Below are positions 8,613 to 16,521 of a stretch of DNA of 64,000 nt, in pieces (positions within the stretch are counted from its first letter, which is position 1; each line of letters begins with the position of its first letter). The notes beneath the pieces were generated by a model. The model was not told the DNA's origin, made no database searches, and saw only the letters and a list, made by a program, of their open reading frames with translations. The stretch comes from Candidatus Omnitrophota bacterium (GTDB lineage: Bacteria; Omnitrophota; Gorgyraeia; Zapsychrales; Fredricksoniimonadaceae): NCBI GenBank assembly GCA_903860135.1, contig CAIOPG010000017.1, positions 75,364 to 139,363 of the forward strand, in the 5' to 3' direction. A program made the translations under genes and the position numbers.

Positions 8613-9941
8613 CTACCTCTTGACCAGACGGTCAACATCCTCAAGCCCTAGCGCCTGCCACTCGACCTTGTACTTTGGATAACTGGCGATCAATGTCTTA
8701 GACTTGACCTTTAGCCCCGCGAGATCAATTCGGTCCTTGTTCATCTTGATCTCGGCAATGACCATGGTCTTTTTCATATCGTTCATCGCCACCAGGTCGA
8801 TCTCGTTCTGGCCATCCTTCTCCCAATACGAGCCAATGCGGTTGTACTCACCGGTCTCGGCATACAACGTCTGAAAGAACCGTTCCAGGACGCGGCCGGC
8901 ATACGTGGAATAGTCACGCCTGATAATGTCCCGGATGTACTCAAAGTTCCCGGTCTCGACCGCGGACCGGTTGCGGTAAATGAACCGGAACCAGAAGGCC
9001 AAAAAGTTGTCCGCGATCCGGTACTTCTGCGCCCTGGAGTTCGGCTTGGCGTTCACCGGCTTGTACCTCTCGATAACAGCGTAATCACGCTCCAGCCGGT
9101 CGAGGAACCCGCCGACATCCGACTCCAGGATGGACTGGATCTCCGAGCGGCCCGTCTTCCCGACAGAAATCAGCTCAAGTATGGAGAAGTACGTCCCGTA
9201 CTCTTTGCCGAACTCCTCGATCAGGAGGTTCCTGCCTTCGTTCAGGGATGGCGAGTTGGCCTCAACCGCGAAGTTCAGGATCTTCTTAAACGTGAACGCC
9301 TGATTCTCCACCAGCTGATCAATGTACTTCGGGCTTCCGCCAGTAAAAAGATAATAGTCGAACAGCACGGACGCGTTCTTTATCTTGTAGTCCCGCAGAA
9401 TGCCGGCCATGGTGCCGATCGAGAACGGCTTGATCATGAACATCCGGTCTGCCCGGTTGAACAGCGGTTCCTTGGAGCCCTCAAAGATCTTGTGCATCAG
9501 GGAATACACTGACCCGACGCAAATGACGTTCAGCTTGCTCTTGGCCTTGTTCAGGTCCCAAAGCTTCTGTATCTCGGAATAAACGGACGGGTTGATATTA
9601 TAGAACTCCTGGAACTCATCAATGATGACCGTTAACGGTTCATCCTTGGCGATCTGGAGCAAAAGTTGAAAGACATCCGGGAAGGAGCGAATGTTCCCGA
9701 TCACGGGCGCGTCCGGATACAGCCGCTTGATCTCCGCGACGTATTCCTCACAAAGCAACGCCTCAGACTTCTTGGCCACGAAAAGGTACAGGTGCTTCTT
9801 GTCCTTGGCGAACTCCAGGGACAGCAGCGTCTTCCCCACGCGCCTGCGCCCGGTCAGGACGGCCATGCGGGAGCCACCCTTTGTCTGCCCCATCAACTTG
9901 TTTAACTCTGCCAGTTCCTGCTGCCGGTCATAGAATCTCAT
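8613..9941 (-). CDS. Archaeal-type AAA ATPase with wHTH and C-terminal PD-(D/E)XK (DUF234) domain
   Basis: MRFYDRQQEL, GRRRVGKT, IIDEFQ, CVGS, TGGSPKY, DNFLAFWFRFI, YW...EIDLVA...AEIK. Confidence 0.88.
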   Translation of the reverse strand: MRFYDRQQELAELNKLMGQTKGGSRMAVLTGRRRVGKTLLSLEFAKDKKHLYLFVAKKSEALLCEEYVAEIKRLYPDAPVIGNIRSFPDVFQLLLQIAKDEPLTVIIDEFQEFYNINPSVYSEIQKLWDLNKAKSKLNVICVGSVYSLMHKIFEGSKEPLFNRADRMFMIKPFSIGTMAGILRDYKIKNASVLFDYYLFTGGSPKYIDQLVENQAFTFKKILNFAVEANSPSLNEGRNLLIEEFGKEYGTYFSILELISVGKTGRSEIQSILESDVGGFLDRLERDYAVIERYKPVNAKPNSRAQKYRIADNFLAFWFRFIYRNRSAVETGNFEYIRDIIRRDYSTYAGRVLERFFQTLYAETGEYNRIGSYWEKDGQNEIDLVAMNDMKKTMVIAEIKMNKDRIDLAGLKVKSKTLIASYPKYKVEWQALGLEDVDRLVKR

Positions 9942-9945
9942 AATT

Positions 9946-9974
9946 GTAACCTCCGTTACTGTAACCAAGGTTAC
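9946..9974. promoter_or_regulatory. Tandem palindromic operator (GTAACC-N3-GTTAC x2) over the ATPase RBS/-10
   Basis: GTAACCTCCGTTAC (9946-9959) and GTAACCAAGGTTAC (9961-9974); TTGACA on the minus strand at 9991-9996. Confidence 0.6.
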
Positions 9975-10030
9975 TATATAAAGCGTGGTTTGTCAATGGC
10001 GGGATGAACATGTTTAGCGGGACCTCTGAT

Positions 10031-10080
10031 TGACACCCTCCTCCGCGAGCGAAGCGAGTGTGGGGGCATGGGAGGGGGCG
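10031..10080 (+). repeat. Left arm of a 50-bp inverted repeat pair (partner 19946-19995)
   Basis: TGACACCCTCCTCCGCGAGCGAAGCGAGTGTGGGGGCATGGGAGGGGGCG; 46/50 identical to the reverse complement of the partner by manual alignment. Confidence 0.85.
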
Positions 10081-10200
10081 TCAAAAAAACGTAGCGGGGA
10101 CACGTACACAACGCCCGGTTTCTCTACTTTTCTATACGCTCTTCGGTTCACGTGCGTTAAATACGCAAAAGTGGGTATTGTGTCCCCGAAACGGTTCCTC

Positions 10201-11181
10201 TTACCATTTGAAACTCCTTAACAGATCATCCAGCGCAGACTGCACGCGCTCATCATGGCTATCCTTCAAAGACAGGTACACCGAGATCTTGTCAGCGCAT
10301 CCGTTCTTAGAAAAGCGGCCCGGCGAATACTTCCAGATCTCGACCTCAACCGCACCGCGGTCAGGCACCGGGATGATATGACCACGATGTTCCTGTGCCA
10401 AATGCTTCCAATCATTGTACGACACAGCCACGGTCCTGGCCTCTGGTTCATTGATCATAGACCACTTGGCCAATGCCGTGTGGCCAGCTGGGAAGGCCCT
10501 CTTAAAATTCAGGTTTGTGACATAAACGCGTTTCTTAACCGGGGTCTTCAGGTACGGCTGGACCTGATTCCAAAGCTCTTTGCGATTCATGCTAAAACGC
10601 AGACAGCGATTCTTCCCCGCCATCGTATGTTCACCGATCCCGAGCGCCGCCAGCTCATCAAAGGCACGTGTCATGGTCATGGCAGAAACCTCAAGAAACA
10701 AAGCGACTTCGGCCGGCGTGAGCGTCAACTTCTCCCCCTGATAGAGCGCATAAAGGACAAGCATCTGCGTTGCCGGCCGCAAAACTGGTCTCTTGGTACG
10801 AAGGGTCTTTAGGCACTCCTTAAGATCAATGGCCAAAAACGGAAGATACATCTGATTCCCGGGTACAACAAATGGAACCTTTTGTTCAATGAGGCGCTTG
10901 CGTTCATAGAAGTTGATCGCCTCCGCAACATAGACAACATCCATGCCGCAACGACCACGGACCTGGTCAAGCTGCTTGGCGATGACAGCCGGCGTGAGCG
11001 CGACATCCTTTTCACCTGTCATGATCAGGCACGTCCCTTTAAGCCAGTTCAGGCTGAAAAAGCGATAGCCTTCCCTTAAATAAGCTGGATAATTGGCTGC
11101 ATCGGGAAAAGGACGCACCGCGGCCTCTATTCCAAGGTTCGCCAGCAGGTATTTCTGAAGCGCTTCTACTATCTTATCCAT
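10201..11181 (-). CDS. wHTH (MarR-annotated) AbiEi-like regulator/antitoxin, orphan
   Basis: ERKRLIEQKVPFVVPGNQMYLPFL, HTH TPAEVALFLEVSAMTMTRAFDEL, AGHTALAKWSMI, C-terminal DKISVYLSL...DERV. Confidence 0.65.
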   Translation of the reverse strand: MDKIVEALQKYLLANLGIEAAVRPFPDAANYPAYLREGYRFFSLNWLKGTCLIMTGEKDVALTPAVIAKQLDQVRGRCGMDVVYVAEAINFYERKRLIEQKVPFVVPGNQMYLPFLAIDLKECLKTLRTKRPVLRPATQMLVLYALYQGEKLTLTPAEVALFLEVSAMTMTRAFDELAALGIGEHTMAGKNRCLRFSMNRKELWNQVQPYLKTPVKKRVYVTNLNFKRAFPAGHTALAKWSMINEPEARTVAVSYNDWKHLAQEHRGHIIPVPDRGAVEVEIWKYSPGRFSKNGCADKISVYLSLKDSHDERVQSALDDLLRSFKW

Positions 11182-11262
11182 AAATAATCCTTAACATTAC
11201 AATACAACAATAACATATGATATGATATTGTGCAAATATGATGTTAGCATAACTGGCAGCGA

Positions 11263-11363
11263 TTAGCCTTGTAAATTATTCCACCAGCAAGAAATTACGC
11301 CTCAACACGCGCCGACCCTTCAAAATCTTTATTCAACTGCACGAGGACTTCTTGTTTCATCAA
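11263..11363 (-). pseudogene. dinD: ~100 bp collapsed dinD remnant
   Basis: First ~21 codons of dinD (MKQEVLVQLNKDFEGSARVE) followed by spliced fragments GCGTAATTTCTTGCTGGT/GGAATAATTTACAAGG/CTAA. Confidence 0.8.
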
Positions 11364-11366
11364 ACA

Positions 11367-11409
11367 GGCATGCCAAGGACGGCTCATGCACGCTCCGGTT
11401 TATTGCCCC
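11367..11409. repeat. R1 repeat copy 4
   Basis: GGCATGCCAAGGACGGCTCATGCACGCTCCGGTTTATTGCCCC, 11 nt from the dinD stop. Confidence 0.9.
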
Positions 11410-11420
11410 TCGCATTGCTA

Positions 11421-12266
11421 TTAGCCCCGCACTCTCTTTACACCCTTGGCGAGCTTTTTCCCTTCCGCATTAAGACGACGCGTCAGCTGCTTGACATCTT
11501 CCTCGGCAGGCAACAATTCCGGTTTGATCCCGCGTTTCCCAAGCAATTCCCGAACTTCCCTATTATTTTTAACGTGCTCCCCCGTGATCGATGGCTCACC
11601 TTGCAAATTATTCTTCTTCGTATTAAAACCTGTGATCTCAGCCGCGAGATCCTTTGCCTTGATCGTGATCGTAGGCAAGAAATCCGCCAGAGGTTTCTGA
11701 ACGGGAACCCCCATTTTCTTCTTCATTTCTAATGTCGAATTCCCGCCAAACAGCGCCTGATCACCTTGACTGCGCAACCGCGCAAAACCATCTCCATCAA
11801 CACCGTGCTCATAAACAACACCAGATAACCTAGCCTCTGTATCAGCCAGTTTCTGACGAGCCTGCAAGCGCTCTACCAACGCAATACGTTCTTCGAGCAG
11901 TTCCTGTTTGCGGGTTTGAATAGCAAAATAACTTTGGGCAAACGCAATCTGTTCTTTCCGAGGATCACCGTTCTGCGCGATTAGATAACAGGCATACCGG
12001 GTAAGCTGCATGTCCTCGACAGACCGCTGGCTACCCGACCCAAGATCAACCATTTTGTTGACGTCAACAAAATGGTCTGAAACAATCTGCCTAGACTTCA
12101 AACACGCCGTCTTAGCCTTGTCAACAACCAGCAGAAAATTCCGCCATTCCGTATAATCTAGAAGCCGCTGAATATCCCGCGCCATCCAGAACTCAACACC
12201 ATTCTCAACACGCGCCGACCCTTCAAAATCTTTATTCAACTGCACAAGGACTTCTTGTTTCATCAA
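11421..12266 (-). CDS. dinD: DNA damage-inducible protein D (Bro-N-like)
   Basis: EFWMARDIQRLLDYTEWRNF, LTRYACYLIAQNGDPRKEQIAFAQSYFAIQTRKQE, GIKPELLPAEEDVK. Confidence 0.92.
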   Translation of the reverse strand: MMKQEVLVQLNKDFEGSARVENGVEFWMARDIQRLLDYTEWRNFLLVVDKAKTACLKSRQIVSDHFVDVNKMVDLGSGSQRSVEDMQLTRYACYLIAQNGDPRKEQIAFAQSYFAIQTRKQELLEERIALVERLQARQKLADTEARLSGVVYEHGVDGDGFARLRSQGDQALFGGNSTLEMKKKMGVPVQKPLADFLPTITIKAKDLAAEITGFNTKKNNLQGEPSITGEHVKNNREVRELLGKRGIKPELLPAEEDVKQLTRRLNAEGKKLAKGVKRVRG

Positions 12267-12356
12267 ACATTCCTTTGTTGGTAATTATTATCAAGGGGCA
12301 AGATAATAATACCACTCATGCGTGTGGCTATCAAGTTGTTTTAGAACTTTCCGGCT

Positions 12357-13430
12357 CTATAACAATATGTTCTTTGTCTCATTTTTTACAACCGCAAGTG
12401 CCCAGTAAAAGTACGCCTCAGGAAGAGCCGCTCTCAATTTTTCAAGGATTTTGTACTTCTCAGGAAAAACACGATCCTTGACCATGCTCATATCGACCTG
12501 CTTAACCATCTTCCCCGCCTTTCCCTGACGCAGAATACTGATGACATAGGCTATTCTGGCAAATGAAATCTTGATCCTATCCGGACTTAACCTGGCACGC
12601 AGATGATTAGCAACTCTGGCGTTGCCGTCATTCAAAAGTCCAATCTCTTCAAAGGCAGTGTTACCTCCACGAAGAAGTGCCTGCGAATACCGGAAAGCGA
12701 TCTCCGTAATATCATCAAAGACATCATCACTTGAATGTGCGCTATTCCTGAATCCATTTTCGACCATGACCGTATTCACAAATGATCGGCGTAACTCTTC
12801 AACATCATCGGCGACTTTGAACAGTTCGCCAAGGTCAATGATCTGCTTCATAAACTCCATGGTCCGATCCGGCACCAGCGGGATTCCCATTGTCTTCGGC
12901 GATATGGCCGTCAATTTATCGCCAAGCAGTCCCTCAACCGTAGGAACATTGACTACGCCACGCGCTCCGGCGAACGCCATGGGATTGGTGGCAATATCCT
13001 TTTGAAGCAAGCTTCCATAAGGCGCTTCTGTGAAAACCACATCCAGCAAGACATACTGCTGGATCTTGGAGAAATGCGACGTGATCGGAAATTTGAAATG
13101 CGCCTTCGGGATCGTCTTATTCTTGCGATGGCTCTCTTCAATACCTTCAAACCAATCGGAATCCGCGGCCATCTGCGTCAGCCTTTCCGACAAACCTTCT
13201 TTTTCAGAAGGCGGCAAAAGAATGTCAATGTCGATCGAGAGCCTTGCCGGTGGGAAAATATGAAGCAACAGCGATGTCCCGCCCTTGAAAACAAGATCGG
13301 GATAACTCTTCACGACCTCGCTCAACAGATTGAACGCGTAAACAGACTTTTCAAATATACCCGGATCCTTAAACCCCAGCTCATTCCTCAAGGACTCCAT
13401 CCGGTCACGATCAATGATCCGCTTTGCCAT
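12357..13430 (-). CDS. abiEii: AbiEii/AbiGii-family nucleotidyltransferase toxin
   Basis: FEKSVYAFNLL, VFKGGTSLLL, RLSIDIDI, LGDKLTA, KQIIDL. Confidence 0.85.
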   Translation of the reverse strand: MAKRIIDRDRMESLRNELGFKDPGIFEKSVYAFNLLSEVVKSYPDLVFKGGTSLLLHIFPPARLSIDIDILLPPSEKEGLSERLTQMAADSDWFEGIEESHRKNKTIPKAHFKFPITSHFSKIQQYVLLDVVFTEAPYGSLLQKDIATNPMAFAGARGVVNVPTVEGLLGDKLTAISPKTMGIPLVPDRTMEFMKQIIDLGELFKVADDVEELRRSFVNTVMVENGFRNSAHSSDDVFDDITEIAFRYSQALLRGGNTAFEEIGLLNDGNARVANHLRARLSPDRIKISFARIAYVISILRQGKAGKMVKQVDMSMVKDRVFPEKYKILEKLRAALPEAYFYWALAVVKNETKNILL

Positions 13431-14187
13431 GCCCATCCCTCTTTGAGGTAACTTTGTCGACATATTTCAGATATGTAGCGAACGTTACCCTATCAAGTCC
13501 TTCTTTTTCAACAAGTTGTGAATATATGTCACGAAAGTACCTCCGCGCTTTGGCATACCTGACAAAATCACTGACGTTAACCCTATAAAAGTCATCAACG
13601 CTTTCTAAAAGCTCCCAGTAATCGGCATTAGCCATAGTGGCATACCTATCCTTAATGACAAACAAGTCCACCAGCATCTTTTCAAGAGCAGCTGCATGCC
13701 TTTCCCGCGGGGATTCTTTATTCAGCAGTCTGACAACGATCGGATCCCGCGTAATATCAAAGCCTTTGGGTGCTACACGGCTTGTTTTCTCGATCAACAC
13801 AAATCGGTAATCGCGCGAAATCCTGTCAAACACGGTATGAATCGCATCAAATTCCACTTCGACAAAAGTGATGTTGTGGGTCTGCTGGTGATGATAATAC
13901 GGCTGGAAAGTCAACGTGTTCCAGATGATGAAATCCAGCTCAGGATATTCCCTGGTCAGCATCTGGCGGATCTCGGCCACACGGCTCTTTTCTTCTGTCA
14001 GGGGGAATGTTTTGGCAATGTTACTATAGATCCCGCGCCCGGCAGAAAAGACAACACCCGCCTCCTTGAGCTCATGAAGATACTTCTTGGCAAGCGGCCG
14101 GGTGATCCCGGCAATCTTCACGACCTCTTCAAGGCTGAAGTAACGATGATGCACCGCATGCTCTTTGACTAAAGTTTTTTTATCCAA
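13411..14187 (-). CDS. abiEi: AbiEi-like antitoxin (DUF6577-like)
   Basis: N-terminal wHTH with SAGRGIY, LEKMLVDLF, YAKARR; overlaps the toxin gene. Confidence 0.75.
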   Translation of the reverse strand: MDKKTLVKEHAVHHRYFSLEEVVKIAGITRPLAKKYLHELKEAGVVFSAGRGIYSNIAKTFPLTEEKSRVAEIRQMLTREYPELDFIIWNTLTFQPYYHHQQTHNITFVEVEFDAIHTVFDRISRDYRFVLIEKTSRVAPKGFDITRDPIVVRLLNKESPRERHAAALEKMLVDLFVIKDRYATMANADYWELLESVDDFYRVNVSDFVRYAKARRYFRDIYSQLVEKEGLDRVTFATYLKYVDKVTSKRDGHGKADH

Positions 14188-14276
14188 GGGCCACCTTCGC
14201 TGATAACTTGTTCTATTTTCTCATTTTCTACAACTCCGCCGGTGAAGCAAAACTACACGGAGATATTTAGGTCAAG

Positions 14277-14321
14277 GGTATGCCAAGGGCGGCTAATGCA
14301 CGCTCCAGTGTTATTGCCCTG
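14277..14321. repeat. R1 repeat copy 5
   Basis: GGTATGCCAAGGGCGGCTAATGCACGCTCCAGTGTTATTGCCCTG. Confidence 0.9.
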
Positions 14322-14414
14322 ATCCTAGACTGGGGACTGTCCCCTTCGCCTTCGCTCCCTTCTACGGAATACCCGCCTCCACGATTGGTCGGGTATGGGT
14401 GGGGGGAAATAACA

Positions 14415-14460
14415 GGCATGCCAAGGGCGGCTCATGCACGCGCCGGGATTATTGCCCTGT
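14415..14460. repeat. R1 repeat copy 6
   Basis: GGCATGCCAAGGGCGGCTCATGCACGCGCCGGGATTATTGCCCTGT; encodes the final TGQ* of the 14449-15150 gene. Confidence 0.9.
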
Positions 14461-15150
14461 TCCCGGCGGATGGACAGTTCCAAGCACTTCTACATTCTCA
14501 ATAAAAAGAGCGATCTTATTTATCTTTCTCCTAACAAAGTTTCGACACATCGCAGAAAAAACATTTTTAGTATGTTCTCTTATTTTCCATAAGAAAATTA
14601 TAACAAGACCCCAAATAATAAAAAGAATGCAGGGCATAAAACAACTTTTAAATTCGGGATGAGTATACCCTGTAAGAATTAATAAAAACGTGAATACATT
14701 TCCTAATAAGATTGAAAAGAGCACCGCACCAAATGAATGCACTCTAGAAACCAATTCATGACTTCTTTCACGGTACTCATTTTCATTCTCTAATATCAAA
14801 AACGTTTCTAAACACCAAGAAAGTTGACTGTTTTTTGACAATTTGTCAATATTAAGAAAATCTTTTTCCAAAAGATATTCTTTCTTAATTGTCTTTAATT
14901 CATTCCTTATGCAATATCCTTCTTTGCCATCCAAGTCTTCTAAATCTCTCAATACATGCCAAGCTAAATATACTGCTTGAATAATAAAACCAATCGGAAA
15001 ACCAGCTATTAAGATTGTCAATAAATTCTTCCAGTCGCCTAATACAGTGTTCCCCTGTAAATAAATCCAGTACACGCCTACAACAAGTAAGAAGATATAC
15101 CCTGGAACAGCAATCCTAAAAAAGTCATGGCGATCGTAATTGTCACTCAT
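14449..15150 (-). CDS. AT-rich hypothetical membrane protein (about 4 TM)
   Basis: GGAG RBS; DFFRIAVPGYIFLL; two TM pairs separated by a soluble helical loop. Confidence 0.75.
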   Translation of the reverse strand: MSDNYDRHDFFRIAVPGYIFLLVVGVYWIYLQGNTVLGDWKNLLTILIAGFPIGFIIQAVYLAWHVLRDLEDLDGKEGYCIRNELKTIKKEYLLEKDFLNIDKLSKNSQLSWCLETFLILENENEYRERSHELVSRVHSFGAVLFSILLGNVFTFLLILTGYTHPEFKSCFMPCILFIIWGLVIIFLWKIREHTKNVFSAMCRNFVRRKINKIALFIENVEVLGTVHPPGTGQ

Positions 15151-15367
15151 TGTAATTTCTCCAAAGTAATACCCCGTGGCATCTACTAAATTACTTTAAA
15201 ACGAATTGTGCATTAGCCGTCTTTAAACGGCGATGCCGTTCTGCAAAAAAATACGTTGTAATTCCAATGGGCCCTTCACAAGCTTACCGCCAAGGAAAAA
15301 CCTTGGTTCACCCCGAATTACCATTTCTATTAAAGAATATGGAGATACATACGCCTACTTTCTCCAC

Positions 15368-16518
15368 TTAAACACCGACCACCTTCATCACTTCATTCCA
15401 TCTGCCGTGGTCTTCCAATGGCTTCCCGGACTAGGAAGATACTCAACTCCGTTCAACACGACCGGCTTGGCCCCAGCTTGAGAAGCGCCCGGCGAAACGA
15501 TGGTATCCGCGCGAAATCTCTTTCCTTGTGGAAGAGCCACTTCTCCTCGAATTTCTTTTGCCGTAAGTCGACGACAACTGCCATCGGGTAACTCTATCCA
15601 ACTGTATGTACCACCCTCCGTCTTCTCCTTCTTTTGCTGCCAAAGAGTTCTATACTTTACCTTTGCCTTATCGCGCGCATACCAAATAAGATAGTCATGC
15701 GTGCTGCTTAATATTTCCGAGGTAAAAGCAGATGTTTTTATAAACGCAATCTGTCCGCAAAACTGTTCCCCTCCAAAAACCTCATCCATTATTTCCCGGA
15801 CATGATGTAAATTCTCGTCGCTAATCTGAACAAAACAACTGCCACTTTCAGTAAGCAAATCTCTTGCCACAATTAGCCGATCTCGCAAATATGAAAGATA
15901 TGAATGAACGCCTAATTCCCAAGTATCTCGAAACGCCTTAATTTGTTCCGGCTGTCGAACAAAGTCCTCTACCTTGTTATCTTTCACATCGCGTTTCCGT
16001 GTGCTCGCCTGCCAGTTTGAGCCAAACTTAATGCCATAAGGTGGATCAACATAAACACACTGCACCTTACCGCGCATACCCTCTTTCTCAAGAAGACTGT
16101 TCATAACAAGCAAGCTATCCCCAAGAACCATGCGGTTCTGCCAATTATCTTCGTGTTTATAAAATTCAACCGTCTTATCAAACTGCTGCTGAGTTGTGTC
16201 TCCAAAAAGAGTTAACTGAGCCTCTTCTTTCCCTCCCTGCTTTAGTCGAGCAATGATCGCTTCAGGAGCAACTTTTTCTTGCACATAAATCGGCACCGTT
16301 GACACCGCCAGCTCAACTCCCGCTTCTTTCTTCCCCGCCCAAATTAACTGCGGATCTAAAGATGGGTCGAAGTCGTAGCGCTTTTTAGCGGGCTGCTTAT
16401 CACGGGCAGATAGCTTCTCAGACTCTTCCTGAGTAGGAATGCGCTTACGCTTGTCAGTGTGCTTGTAAGAATCCACAGCTGCAGCCTCAGTTGTACGAAC
16501 TTTAAATTTTCTTGCCAT
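15368..16518 (-). pseudogene. mod: Type III RM methyltransferase (mod) with a large internal deletion
   Basis: LGDSLLVMNSLL, VDPPYGIKF and VQISDENLH are present; the ORF stops at 376 aa with no FxGSG SAM motif; an out-of-frame tail NEVMKVVGV* follows immediately. Confidence 0.8.
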
Positions 16519-16521
16519 AAA

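Noticed and set aside
7646-12266. dinD copies as a DGR template/variable repeat pair
   Set aside because: Differences are not adenine-specific, deletions dominate, and there is no reverse transcriptase
6529-14460. R1 as a CRISPR array or canonical attC
   Set aside because: Spacing is irregular (0.1-3 kb), copies are degenerate, there are no cas genes, no GTTRRRY/RYYYAAC ends and no intI
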